In this document: piece after piece, positions 29,675-39,794 of the stretch
How the letters are laid out: each line of letters opens with the position of its first letter
How positions within the stretch are numbered: the stretch's first letter is position 1
Assembly (NCBI GenBank): GCA_018000995.1
Contig: JAGNIU010000007.1
Location: forward strand, 1-64,000
Origin: Bacteroidia bacterium
GTDB taxonomy: Bacteria; Bacteroidota; Bacteroidia; B-17B0; Aurantibacillaceae
Direction of reading: 5' to 3'
DNA length: 64,000 nucleotides
Position numbers and translations under genes: made by a program
Notes under the pieces: model-generated
Database searches by the model: none
Told to the model about the DNA's origin: nothing
Seen by the model: only the letters and a program-made list of their open reading frames with translations

Positions 29675-29785
29675 TTTATTGTCTGTCTATATAATTGGGC
29701 ATAACTAGTGGATAAGCGCCACAAACAAATATTTACAAACGGTTATAAATATTTAAAGTGCTTTCCAATAATAAATATACAAAAT

Positions 29786-31012
29786 TTACTCCTCCTTTGG
29801 TTGTAGCTTATGGATTTTTTTAGTTCCGGCGTACATTTCGAATTTAAAGAGGCGGCATTCGAGAGAGCCGTTGAAGAGTGTTATTTTACGGGTAGGGCGG
29901 AGGCCAATATATTTTGCAGCTTCTAAATTAGACGTTATAATCCAACAGGTCCAACCACTAAAATCTTTTTTAAGTTTGTCGCCAATTTGTTTGTAGAAGG
30001 AAGCAATGTCTTCGTGTTTCATCCGCTCATCGTAAGGCGGGTTCAATAACACAGTGCCCATTGGTTTGTCAACCTTCATATCAAAAAAGGATTTGCGGCT
30101 GAATTGTATAGCGTCATCCACTTTTGCAACGGCAACATTTATTTTTGCAACGTTTAAACTTTTATCGGATAAATCGTTCGCTACAATATTCGGCATGTCT
30201 TCTTTAATGCGGCTTATTGCAGATTCGTAAATGGTATCGTATAATTTCTCGTCGTAATTTTTCCAACGCATGAAACCAAATTCTTTTCTGAAAATTCCCG
30301 CAGGAATATTTCCGGCAAACAATGCGGCTTCAATAGCTAAAGTTCCACTACCACACATACCATCAATCAAAGGTAAATGCGGTTGCCATCCTGAGATGAG
30401 TACAATTCCAGCTGCTAAAACTTCTTTAATCGGTGCTTCAATAATATCTTCACGGTAACCGCGCTTGTATAAAATATCGCCACTGCTATCTAAACTCACA
30501 CTCACATCATCTTTAAAAATGTGAACATAAATACGAAGCGTCGGCGCTTTTAAATCCACACTCGGACGTAAATCACCACTTATCTCTCTGAATCTATCGC
30601 AAATCGCATCTTTGGTTTTTTGCTCAACATATAAACTATGCTGAAAAAATTCCGAATTCGGTACACCTTCAACAGCGAGTGTATCCGTCACCTTCATAAA
30701 ATCATCCCAAGGAAATTTTTTAATACCGTCGTATAATTCCTGATCGCTCGTTGCTTTGAATTTGTAAATTGGAATCAAAACACGCAAAGCCACACGTGAA
30801 CATAAATTCACTTTGTACATGTAACCGATATCACCCTTTACAGAAACACCACGTTTAAATGGTTCAATGTCTTTACCGCCTAAACGTAATAATTCAGCTG
30901 CCAATACTTCTTCGAGTCCGAAAAAGGTTGTCACCTTCATTTCAAAATCGCCGGTAGTATTAAAATCGAAGTTTATTTTTTTGGGAGCAAGGTTTAGGTC
31001 GGGGGTATCCAT
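29786..31012 (-). CDS. THUMP-domain class I SAM-dependent RNA (m2G) methyltransferase, RlmL/RlmK N-terminal-like
   Basis: 408 aa; THUMP region then DGMCGSGTLAIEAAL (motif I) and NPPYDERM (motif IV). Confidence 0.75.
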   Translation of the reverse strand: MDTPDLNLAPKKINFDFNTTGDFEMKVTTFFGLEEVLAAELLRLGGKDIEPFKRGVSVKGDIGYMYKVNLCSRVALRVLIPIYKFKATSDQELYDGIKKFPWDDFMKVTDTLAVEGVPNSEFFQHSLYVEQKTKDAICDRFREISGDLRPSVDLKAPTLRIYVHIFKDDVSVSLDSSGDILYKRGYREDIIEAPIKEVLAAGIVLISGWQPHLPLIDGMCGSGTLAIEAALFAGNIPAGIFRKEFGFMRWKNYDEKLYDTIYESAISRIKEDMPNIVANDLSDKSLNVAKINVAVAKVDDAIQFSRKSFFDMKVDKPMGTVLLNPPYDERMKHEDIASFYKQIGDKLKKDFSGWTCWIITSNLEAAKYIGLRPTRKITLFNGSLECRLFKFEMYAGTKKIHKLQPKEE

Positions 31013-31058
31013 TGTTTTTGATTGAGGTGTAAAGGTAGGGAAATTTATGGAAAGTGGG

Positions 31059-31124
31059 GCTTCGGCTACGCTCAGCCACCACTATGTCTTACGGGCGCAC
31101 CGGTGCCTGAGCGGAGTCGAAGGC
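31059..31124. repeat. palindromic unit of GCTGAGC..GTCGAAG repeat family (variant copy)
   Basis: gcttcggctacgctcagcc .. cctgagcggagtcgaaggc inverted pair; read through by the spurious N-terminal extension of the 31047 ORF. Confidence 0.55.
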
Positions 31125-31160
31125 ACACTAGATATCTTAATTTTTCCTATATTCGATACG

Positions 31161-32585
31161 ATGAAAAGAATGTTTTTTGTATATACGATTTTGGTGCTGG
31201 TTTTTTTATCGCTTGATGTTAAAAGTAAGACCACTCAAGCGGAAATGGATAGTGTAAAAAACGTTTACAGTAATTCTAAAGATCAATACGTGCGTGCCAG
31301 AGCAATGAACTGGATTATTACGCATTACCAGCAACAGTACGATTCAGCTTATTATTATTTACAAGTGGCGGTGCAGGGTTTTAAGCTTAGCAATTATAAG
31401 TTTGGTGAGGCCTGGGCCAAGCATTCGTTTGGTATTTCTTGTGTTGAAAATGCACATTATGAAGACGCAAAAAAATATTTAAATGAGGCTATAGCTGAGT
31501 ACGCATCAATGGGAAATGATTCCATGATAGGGAAAGCAAAAATTAGAGTTGCATTCACACATTATTCTCAAGGTAATTATGAAGCTTCTATCAAAACTTA
31601 TCTTGAGGCTGTTGAGTCTGCACAAAAAGCTAAAGATCTTTATACAGAAGCCTGGGCTTATAATTTGTTGGGTCTGGTATTATATAATAAACCAACTCCT
31701 GATAACAAATTAGCACTGGAATACTATAATAAGTCGCTCGATATTCATAGGAAAAAGAATAATATACAGGGTTTTGGTATGGTGATGATGCGGATGGGTT
31801 CCGCTTATTCAAGACTTGGTGATGATGCCAACGCCATTTATTATTTAAACAGGGCCATGGCACTTGGTGATAGTTTAGAACAGGGTTTTCTGGTTAAGTG
31901 GACTTTGTCTGCCTATTCAAAATATTACATGGAGCGGAAAGACTATTTAAAATCGAACGAAATTGAAAAGCGCGCAAAATATTTATCACTTGATGCCGGT
32001 GATTTTCCGGGTGTAATTATTTCTTACAAAAATATAGCTTCAAATAATTATAATTTAAAAGATTATAAGTTGGCATTAGTAAACATTGACAGCGCATTAT
32101 ATTATAGTACAAAACATGGCGTTTTACAAAAGATTGATGAGATATATGAGATAAAATCCGACATCCATCATAAGCTCGGACAAACCGAAGAAGCTTTGGT
32201 TTGTTATAAGAGATCGGTAGCCTTACGTGATTCATTATTTTCGATTAAGAATAATAATAACATAAACGAATTACAAACCCGCTTTGAGACCAATGAAAAG
32301 GAAAAAGCAATTGAGTTATTGAATAGTGAAAAAGAAAGCGAGAGAAAAGTAAGAAATGTTTTATTGGGAGCATTCATTGTTGCGCTTCTATTGATTGCAT
32401 TAATTGTATTCGCACTAATTAAAATTAACAAGGCAAGAAAAGAAATTCAACATCAAAAAAAGATAGTCGATCAAAAACAAAAAGAAGTTATGGATTCGAT
32501 TAATTACGCCACACGAATTCAAAAAGCCTTAATGCCTACTGAGAAGTATATTGAGAAAATATTAAATAAGAATAGGAAAAATTGA
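31161..32585 (+). CDS. TPR-repeat membrane protein, truncated at onset of a SpoIIE/PP2C-type phosphatase domain
   Basis: Start at ATG 31161 (MKRMFFVYTILVLVFL signal); multiple TPRs; TM (LLGAFIVALLLIALIVFALI); coiled coil; ends ..INYATRIQKALMPTEKYIEKILNKNRKN right after the conserved I.YA.RIQ.A.LP entry motif. Confidence 0.55.
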   Translation: MKRMFFVYTILVLVFLSLDVKSKTTQAEMDSVKNVYSNSKDQYVRARAMNWIITHYQQQYDSAYYYLQVAVQGFKLSNYKFGEAWAKHSFGISCVENAHYEDAKKYLNEAIAEYASMGNDSMIGKAKIRVAFTHYSQGNYEASIKTYLEAVESAQKAKDLYTEAWAYNLLGLVLYNKPTPDNKLALEYYNKSLDIHRKKNNIQGFGMVMMRMGSAYSRLGDDANAIYYLNRAMALGDSLEQGFLVKWTLSAYSKYYMERKDYLKSNEIEKRAKYLSLDAGDFPGVIISYKNIASNNYNLKDYKLALVNIDSALYYSTKHGVLQKIDEIYEIKSDIHHKLGQTEEALVCYKRSVALRDSLFSIKNNNNINELQTRFETNEKEKAIELLNSEKESERKVRNVLLGAFIVALLLIALIVFALIKINKARKEIQHQKKIVDQKQKEVMDSINYATRIQKALMPTEKYIEKILNKNRKN

Positions 32586-32594
32586 TAGCGGCAC

Positions 32595-32657
32595 TTCGAC
32601 AAGCTCAGCGACCGCTTTGCTCGAGAGTAGTAATCCGGTGGCTGAGCTTGTCGAAGC
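32595..32657. repeat. palindromic unit of GCTGAGCTTGTCGAAGC repeat family (perfect 16-bp arms)
   Basis: cttcgacaagctcagc (32595-32610) and gctgagcttgtcgaagc (32641-32657) separated by 30 bp; between convergent genes. Confidence 0.7.
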
Positions 32658-32669
32658 CACTGGTTAAGG

Positions 32670-33089
32670 TTACTTCTCGTAAGCAGCAACCGCCTCTTTC
32701 CATGCAGATGGAATTTCAACAGTTTGTTTTATTTCGTAGTTAAAGCAAACTATGACGCTTTTTCCGTGCGCACACACCAGCTCTTCCTTACCTACTTTTT
32801 TTGTGATGAGATTGGAGATTTCGAAACTTTTTGTACCAAAAGAAGTTATTTTGGTGTAACAAAAGCATTCGTCATCCATATAGACAGGTTCTGAATAATC
32901 TATTTCAGTCTTTGCAAGAATCATACCTGTTTTGTTCCAGTCGTTTTTAATTAAGAGATCGTTGAAATACTTAACGCGCGCTGTTTCAAAATACGTAATG
33001 TGATTCGCATTGTTAACGTGACCTTGAATATCCACATCCTTGTAACGGATTTGAATTTGTAATTTGTGTTTGAAATCTTTTGGTTCCAT
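32670..33089 (-). CDS. acyl-CoA thioesterase (hotdog fold, YbgC/4HBT-like)
   Basis: Hotdog thioesterase motifs (YKDVDIQGHVNNANHITYFE); ORF track start 33116 lies inside the arm of the GC-rich palindrome; internal Met at 33089 (MEPKDF) more plausible. Confidence 0.65.
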   Translation of the reverse strand: MEPKDFKHKLQIQIRYKDVDIQGHVNNANHITYFETARVKYFNDLLIKNDWNKTGMILAKTEIDYSEPVYMDDECFCYTKITSFGTKSFEISNLITKKVGKEELVCAHGKSVIVCFNYEIKQTVEIPSAWKEAVAAYEK

Positions 33090-33110
33090 AATTTTATTTT
33101 TTTTCTTCGA

Positions 33111-33233
33111 GGACATCCCCCCGTCGGCGCCTTCGGCGGACGTCCCCCTTTGAAGGGGGAATGTGTTAGCGCTTAGGCATCGTGGTTATTCCCCCTTCGA
33201 AGGGGGACGTCACGCAGTGACGGGGGGATGTCC
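33111..33233. repeat. GC-rich nested palindromic element (123 bp) with C5-6TT..AAG5 hairpins
   Basis: Outer IR ggacatccccccgtc / gacggggggatgtcc; inner hairpins gtccccctttgaaggggga, ttcccccttcgaagggggac, gtcacgcagtgac. Confidence 0.7.
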
Positions 33234-33234
33234 T

Positions 33235-34212
33235 TTACGTTTGCCTATTCAATAAAGCATGCGCCATTTCTTCGAGGGCAATTTTCTTATCTGACTTTGC
33301 TTTTATATCGTGTAAATGTTTGATGGCTTGTTTAGTGTGTTTGTCGGCCTCTTGTTTGCAAAATGCTTTTATATTGAACTCATTATAAATTGACAAAACA
33401 CCTTGTACTTTTTTTGTGGCCTCGGTTTCTTTTAAGGCAGACAATAACTTTTCTTTTTTAGAAGCGCCTGCTAATTCAAAGGCTTTTAATAATAAGAATG
33501 TTTTTTTATTGGCGATGATATCGCCGCCCACTTGCTTTCCAAAATTTTCTCCTTCAGCGTAAGCATCCAATAAATCATCCATTAATTGAAACGCAATTCC
33601 TAAATGTTTTCCGAATTCGTAAATGTGATTCGCGTCATCAGGATGCGCTTCGGCGCAAATAGCTCCCATTTTTAAACTACAGCCTAAAAGAACTGCAGTT
33701 TTATTGGTAATCATGTGAATGTAATCAGCAACAGTAACTGAATCGCTGCTTTCAAAATTCATATCCTCTTGCTGACCTTCACAAACTTCAATTGCAGTTT
33801 TAGAAAATTCAGTCAATAATAATTTTAATTTTTGCGCTTCAGTATTTTTTAAAACATCAAAAGCTTTCACCAACATCACATCACCACTTAAAATAGCAAT
33901 ATCAGAATTCCATTTGCTGTGAACAGTTGCTTGTCCACGGCGCAAAGGGGCTTTATCTAAAATATCGTCGTGAATGAGCGAGAAATTATGAAACAACTCT
34001 ACACATAATGCAGCATCTAAAGCGTCGTCCGCTTTCTTGTCAAATAAATCACAAGCAATTAAAGCTAGAAGCGGGCGAATACGTTTTCCGCCAAGAGATA
34101 AAATATAATTTTCCGGGTCGTAAAGTTCGCGCGGTTGTTTTTTGTCCAGTCCTTTAATGTAATTATCAAGGTGCGCATTAAATAATTCTAATAAAGACTG
34201 ATAATTTTTCAC
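33235..34212 (-). CDS. polyprenyl diphosphate synthase (IspA/IspB family)
   Basis: 325 aa; two Asp-rich motifs LIHDDILDK and QLMDDLLD. Confidence 0.85.
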   Translation of the reverse strand: MKNYQSLLELFNAHLDNYIKGLDKKQPRELYDPENYILSLGGKRIRPLLALIACDLFDKKADDALDAALCVELFHNFSLIHDDILDKAPLRRGQATVHSKWNSDIAILSGDVMLVKAFDVLKNTEAQKLKLLLTEFSKTAIEVCEGQQEDMNFESSDSVTVADYIHMITNKTAVLLGCSLKMGAICAEAHPDDANHIYEFGKHLGIAFQLMDDLLDAYAEGENFGKQVGGDIIANKKTFLLLKAFELAGASKKEKLLSALKETEATKKVQGVLSIYNEFNIKAFCKQEADKHTKQAIKHLHDIKAKSDKKIALEEMAHALLNRQT

Positions 34213-34219
34213 AGGAGAA

Positions 34220-35080
34220 TTAATCTAATAAACCTAGTAAATAATTTCCGTAACCGCTTTTTGTCAATGGTTCTGCTACTTTGCGTAATTGTGCAGCATC
34301 GATGTATCCCATTGTGTAAGCTATCTCTTCTATACAACCAATTTTAAGGGATTGACGTTCTTCAATAATTTGCACGAATTGTCCGGCTTGCATTAAAGAG
34401 GCAAATGTTCCTGTATCTAACCAAGCAGTTCCGCGATCCATGATGGATACTTTTAATTTACCGCGTTTTAAATATTCTTTATTCACATCGGTAATTTCGT
34501 ATTCACCGCGCGGAGATGGTTTTAATTCTTTCGCAATTTTCACAACTTCGTTATCGTAAAAATATAAACCCGGTACTGCGTAATTTGATTTTGGATTTTT
34601 TGGTTTTTCTTCAATCGATAAAGCTTTATTGTCTTTATCAAATTCAACTACACCATAACGCTCAGGATCGCTAACATGATAAGCAAATACAACACCGCCG
34701 TCAGGATTAGAAATAGTTTGCAGCATTCGTCCAAGACCAACACCGTAAAAAATATTATCTCCTAAAATTAAAGCGACTTTATCGTTACCAATAAATTTTT
34801 CGCCTAATACAAAAGCTTGGGCTAAACCATTCGGTACTTCTTGTACCTGGTAAGAAAATTTACAACCGATTTGTTCACCTGTTCCCAATAGTTTTTGGAA
34901 ATTAGGTAAATCGTGTGGCGTTGAAATAATTAATATTTCGTTTATCCCCGACATCATCAAAACTGACAATGGATAATAAATCATTGGTTTATCGTAAACG
35001 GGCATCATTTGCTTGCTCATGGCAAGTGTAAGAGGATGTAAACGTGTACCGGATCCGCCGGCTAAAATTATACCTTTCAT
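34220..35080 (-). CDS. rfbA: glucose-1-phosphate thymidylyltransferase
   Basis: 286 aa; [19 protein letters not shown]-terminus and RmlA-fold motifs. Confidence 0.9.
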   Translation of the reverse strand: MKGIILAGGSGTRLHPLTLAMSKQMMPVYDKPMIYYPLSVLMMSGINEILIISTPHDLPNFQKLLGTGEQIGCKFSYQVQEVPNGLAQAFVLGEKFIGNDKVALILGDNIFYGVGLGRMLQTISNPDGGVVFAYHVSDPERYGVVEFDKDNKALSIEEKPKNPKSNYAVPGLYFYDNEVVKIAKELKPSPRGEYEITDVNKEYLKRGKLKVSIMDRGTAWLDTGTFASLMQAGQFVQIIEERQSLKIGCIEEIAYTMGYIDAAQLRKVAEPLTKSGYGNYLLGLLD

Positions 35081-35177
35081 ATGTATTTTGTTTGTTTCTT
35101 GGTAGCCATATGGAATAGCCAGTTATATTTATTTTGTTTAGATAAGGAGAACATGGCTATTTCATAGTGTGATAAAA

Positions 35178-37595
35178 TTATTCAAATTTTTTGTCATCTT
35201 CAAATTCGGCATCTTCAAGGGCTTCGCCTAGTTCGGATTTACTTTCAATGAAGTCTTTGCCTGTTAAACGTTTCTCTAATGATAATAGGAAGGCTGGTAA
35301 TAAAACTAAATTGGCGCAATAGGCCACAATGAGGGTGAAGGAAATTAAAATGCCTAAGGCCTGAGTTCCTCCAAAACCCGAAAGCGCAAACATCCCAAAT
35401 CCAAAAAATAAAACGATTGCTGTATAAATCATACTCACACCGGTTTCGCTGATGGTTAATTTAACGGCATCAGAAATACTGCGTTTATTCTTTTTAATTT
35501 CGTAACGGTATTTGGTGAGGAAGTACAAAGTACCATCCGATGAAATACCAAATGCAATACTAAATACTAAAATGGTGCTTGGTTTAAGAGGAATTCCCAA
35601 ATAACCCATAACACCCGCTGTAATTAATAGCGCTACCAAACTAGGAATGGTAGAAATTAAAATCATACGGAAAGACGTAAATAAAGTGAGCATTAATAGT
35701 GCAATTAAAACGATAGCAAGAACAACACTTTCAATTAAATTATTTATTAAGAAATCGTTACCTTTTAAAAACATAATGCTGTTTCCGGTAATACGGATAT
35801 CATATTGTTCTTCTTTCGGCAGCCATTGTTTTGCCTCATCATCGTAATTGAAAATCGAGTCAATACGCGGTTTTAATTCTTTAGTCAATTCTTTTACACG
35901 AACCGAGCCCGCGTCTTTCATTTGCACACTTATGCGGGTGTAACGTTTGGTGCTATCAACAAAGGGACGAATCTGCGATTGTTTTTCTTTTTCTTCCTTA
36001 ATGTAATCGGCTAATATTTTTAAGTCGGTTACCGATGGCATTCTGTAATCTTTTTCCTCACCACCTTTATAAGATTGATTTAAAAATTTCACAACCTCCA
36101 CTAAGGAAATTGGTCGCGATAACTCAGGGTAATGCGCTAATAATTTTTGTACACGATTAATACGATACAAAGCGCGACCGGAATTTTTAATAATGCCATT
36201 TTCTTTTTTGGTGTCAATGGTAATTTCAAAAGGTAATACACCGCCAAATTTTTCTTCGAAATATTTTAAATCGGTAATGAGGACATCTGTTTTCGGAATA
36301 TCATCCACCACAAAACCAAAGGCACGTATTTTTAAAGCACCAATAAAGCAAACAACAACTAGTGTAGTTACTGTAATGTAAATGGCTTTACGGTTATTTA
36401 CAGTGATGGTCGCAATTTTATCTAATGATTTTCTTAAACCTTTTCCATCTAAATGTTTTAACTGACGTTTATTCGGGATTGGCAGATAACTAAAGATGAT
36501 TGGAATTAATATTAACGAGAAAGCAAAAGTGGCCATCACACTAATAGAAGCTACTAATCCGAATTCAAATAAGATTTGATTTTTTGTAGCGCAAAATACT
36601 GCGAAACCAATAGAAGTGGTGATATTAGCGAAGAATAAAGAAACGGTTGAACGTTGTATGGCAATGTGAAGCGCTGCCATTTTAGAAATACCTCTTGCTA
36701 TTTCGGTGTGATATTTATTTAGAATTAAAATGCAATTCGGTACGCCAATTACAATAATAAGTGGTGGTATTAATCCGGAGAGAACAGTGAGTTTATAGCC
36801 GAAGAGAACGGTTGTTCCCAATGAAGTTATTACACCCATCACCACCACAATTAACGAGAAAATCATTGGTGGCATGGAACGGAAGAAAACAATTAGGATT
36901 AATGCAGTAACTAGTAAAGCAATTAGTAAAAAGAAAATCATCTCGTGCGAAATTTTGCGCATGATGATGGTACGAATGTAAGGTAAGCCCGAATAATGCA
37001 CTTCGATATTAGTGGCTTTAGAAAAACTATCAACTACCGCACGGATATTATCTACAATATCTAAACGGTTCTTAGTATTCAAATCTTTCTCGTAAAAGGT
37101 AACGAGCATCGAGGTACAATTGGTTTTGCGGTCGAACACATAGCCTTCGTAAAATTTCAGACTATTTATTTTTAACCATAAGTCTTCCAATTCACCCTGA
37201 GTTGTAGGATTGGAACCTTTCAATGGTTTGAATTCGAATTTGCCTAATGAGTCGTTTAATATAATATCGTTTAAACGTGCAACAGAGAGAACGTTTTTTA
37301 TACCCGCTAAATTTTTAAGATCATCACCAGCTTTAGCCCAAGCCTGAAAATTATTAAGCGTGTTTAATTCATCTTTTTTAATTCCTATTACTAGAATTGT
37401 GCCGTCTTGTCCGAATTTCTCTTTAAAAAAATCGTAATCAATACTGGCGGTATCTGTTGATGGTAAAAGGCGGGGGTTGTTGAACGTAATTTGAACTTTT
37501 GATCCAAAATAACCCATAACAACCGTAACGGCCACTAAGGTAAATAGCAGACTTAGTCGGTACTTTAATATGAAATATGCCAGTTTTTTAAGCAT
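35178..37595 (-). CDS. MMPL/RND-superfamily membrane exporter (12 TM, two periplasmic loops)
   Basis: 805 aa; two 6-TM bundles each preceded by a large soluble loop; SSD-like MMPL/HpnN-like architecture. Confidence 0.7.
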   Translation of the reverse strand: MLKKLAYFILKYRLSLLFTLVAVTVVMGYFGSKVQITFNNPRLLPSTDTASIDYDFFKEKFGQDGTILVIGIKKDELNTLNNFQAWAKAGDDLKNLAGIKNVLSVARLNDIILNDSLGKFEFKPLKGSNPTTQGELEDLWLKINSLKFYEGYVFDRKTNCTSMLVTFYEKDLNTKNRLDIVDNIRAVVDSFSKATNIEVHYSGLPYIRTIIMRKISHEMIFFLLIALLVTALILIVFFRSMPPMIFSLIVVVMGVITSLGTTVLFGYKLTVLSGLIPPLIIVIGVPNCILILNKYHTEIARGISKMAALHIAIQRSTVSLFFANITTSIGFAVFCATKNQILFEFGLVASISVMATFAFSLILIPIIFSYLPIPNKRQLKHLDGKGLRKSLDKIATITVNNRKAIYITVTTLVVVCFIGALKIRAFGFVVDDIPKTDVLITDLKYFEEKFGGVLPFEITIDTKKENGIIKNSGRALYRINRVQKLLAHYPELSRPISLVEVVKFLNQSYKGGEEKDYRMPSVTDLKILADYIKEEKEKQSQIRPFVDSTKRYTRISVQMKDAGSVRVKELTKELKPRIDSIFNYDDEAKQWLPKEEQYDIRITGNSIMFLKGNDFLINNLIESVVLAIVLIALLMLTLFTSFRMILISTIPSLVALLITAGVMGYLGIPLKPSTILVFSIAFGISSDGTLYFLTKYRYEIKKNKRSISDAVKLTISETGVSMIYTAIVLFFGFGMFALSGFGGTQALGILISFTLIVAYCANLVLLPAFLLSLEKRLTGKDFIESKSELGEALEDAEFEDDKKFE

Positions 37596-37711
37596 TGTGG
37601 CTAAAAGGGTGAATTTAGTTAAAATACCCCACCTTAAAAAACATATTTTATCAATATAAATGCGGGTTTATTTTTTTAGTATTCAAATGCTGAGTAATTT
37701 TACATCCCATA

Positions 37712-38776
37712 ATGGAAAACGCTACTTTACCCAATTCTAACAAAGCAATTATACGATGGCTGTTAACAGGATGTGTTCTTGTTTACATAATGGTTGTTGT
37801 TGGTTGTTTAACACGTCTTACCCATTCGGGATTATCAATTACTGATTGGAATTTTATGGGCTCAATGCCGCCTTTGAGTCAGGATGATTGGTTTGAGCGT
37901 TTTCAGAAGTATCAGACTAGCCCCGAATTTATTTACAAGAATAGCAGTATGAGTATGGAAGAATTTAAATCCATATTCTGGTGGGAATATATTCACCGTT
38001 CGATTGGAAATACCATGATGGGCGTTTTCTTAATTGGGTTCATTTGGTTTTTGATAAAGAAAAAATTTGATAAACCGATGTTATGGAAAGCTATTTTTCT
38101 TTTTGTGTTAGGAGGCTTTCAAGGCTTAATTGGTTGGTGGATGGTAAAGAGTGGATTGGTAAAAAATCCGAATGTATCGCATTATAGATTAGCCATTCAT
38201 TTAATGAGTGCTTTTAGTGTTTTTGCGTTTACGTTTTGGTTTGCTTTGCAATTAATTTATCCGAAAGAAAATGTGGTTGAACATGAGGGCAAAAAACTGC
38301 GCAACGCCACTTTAATTTTATTTGCTGTTTTGATTTTACAAATTATTTATGGTGCTTTTGTTGCGGGATTAAAAGCGGGATTATTTTATCCTACTTGGCC
38401 TAAGATGGGAGCTGAATGGTTTCCTGAGGATACAATTATGATAGAGGATTCATTCATAAAAAACTTTTTAGAAGTAGGAGCGGGTGTACAATTTATGCAC
38501 CGTACCATTGCGTTTTTAGTTGTGGCTTGCGTGGCTTGGTTATGGAATAAATCTTCCAAATTAAATTTAACTAAGCAACAAAACTTAGGTATTAATTTAT
38601 TAATTTTTGGAGTTACTATTCAATTTATGCTGGGGATATTTACTTTATTGTATCAAGTGCCAGTTGCATTAGGAGCTTTACATCAAACAGGTGCTTTCTT
38701 TTTATTCGCCACTTGTATTTATTTGTTGTTCCATCTTAATTTGACCCCTCGGCAAGCTCAGGATGACAGAAAGTAA
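37712..38776 (+). CDS. ctaA: heme A synthase (COX15/CtaA family)
   Basis: 354 aa; 8 TM; conserved His residues in TM helices; C-terminal tail (LNLTPRQAQDDRK) is read from a repeat-family copy. Confidence 0.75.
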   Translation: MENATLPNSNKAIIRWLLTGCVLVYIMVVVGCLTRLTHSGLSITDWNFMGSMPPLSQDDWFERFQKYQTSPEFIYKNSSMSMEEFKSIFWWEYIHRSIGNTMMGVFLIGFIWFLIKKKFDKPMLWKAIFLFVLGGFQGLIGWWMVKSGLVKNPNVSHYRLAIHLMSAFSVFAFTFWFALQLIYPKENVVEHEGKKLRNATLILFAVLILQIIYGAFVAGLKAGLFYPTWPKMGAEWFPEDTIMIEDSFIKNFLEVGAGVQFMHRTIAFLVVACVAWLWNKSSKLNLTKQQNLGINLLIFGVTIQFMLGIFTLLYQVPVALGALHQTGAFFLFATCIYLLFHLNLTPRQAQDDRK

Positions 38777-39695
38777 CGAGACTAATATTTTCCCACCTAA
38801 GCCGGTATTGGCTGAAACGCAGCGTAATAATGTTACGCGTTCGATGTTCAGTTTGTTATTGTATGGCGTGTTGTTTTATTTTTTGTTTGATAGAAATATC
38901 GCTTACATCGCAGCTTTATTGGTGGTATTATTAATTCATGAGTTCGGACATTTCTTCGCCATGAAATTATATAATTATCAGAATGTAAAATTGTTTATTG
39001 TGCCCTTGTTAGGTGCTTTTGTAAGTGGAAAAAAGCAAAGCGTTTCGCAAAAGCAAATGAGCATAATTATTTTAGCCGGACCAATACCGGGAATTATTAT
39101 TGGAACGGTTTTGTACATCGTTAATCATTCTCATCCAAACGAGACTGTAAAAATGTTAGCTAACTTTTTTATTATTATCAATATTTTTAATTTTTTGCCC
39201 ATTTATCCTTTAGATGGCGGACGATTGTTAGAGAATTTATTCATTAATAATAATCATGGTATCCGTTTAGTATTTACTATTTTATCTATTTTGTGTTTTA
39301 TAACCTATATTACTTTAAGTGGAAATATCATTATGGTAATAATTCCGGCTATTATGATTTTTGAGTTAATTAATGAAATTAAAAATCAAAAGATTCGTGA
39401 TTATTTGGATGGCGAAAGAATAGAGTATCATACTGAGTATGGTGATTTACCGGATAAAAATTATTGGTTAATCCGCGATTGTATTTTATTCTCGTTTCAA
39501 AAAAAATATAATGGCGTACAACCTGGTTTGCATCAATACAGCGTGATTGAACCGATGTTGATGACGCATGTAATAAAGGTGTTACGACCAAATTTTAGCA
39601 ATGATTTAAGTGTTTTTCAAAAAGTACTTTTTCTGCTGATTTACGCCTATTTTCTAATTGGTATTCCCATTACATTGTTTATAATGTATTATTAA
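38763..39695 (+). CDS. site-2 protease family (peptidase M50-like) membrane metalloprotease
   Basis: 310 aa; intramembrane HEFGH motif and LDGGRL motif. Confidence 0.7.
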   Translation: MTESNETNIFPPKPVLAETQRNNVTRSMFSLLLYGVLFYFLFDRNIAYIAALLVVLLIHEFGHFFAMKLYNYQNVKLFIVPLLGAFVSGKKQSVSQKQMSIIILAGPIPGIIIGTVLYIVNHSHPNETVKMLANFFIIINIFNFLPIYPLDGGRLLENLFINNNHGIRLVFTILSILCFITYITLSGNIIMVIIPAIMIFELINEIKNQKIRDYLDGERIEYHTEYGDLPDKNYWLIRDCILFSFQKKYNGVQPGLHQYSVIEPMLMTHVIKVLRPNFSNDLSVFQKVLFLLIYAYFLIGIPITLFIMYY

Positions 39696-39794
39696 GCCCG
39701 CTTATTGAACAAATAAACGGTAAACCCCCATTTTAAGGGAGTTCTTTTCTCGAAAATTTATTTATATTTGGTTCAAACAAATTAAAATTTAATT

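Noticed and set aside
31022-31216. 64-aa ORF and the 38-aa N-terminal extension of the TPR protein ORF
   Set aside because: Both arise from reading through the GC-rich palindromic repeat; a signal-peptide-bearing Met at 31161 is the plausible start
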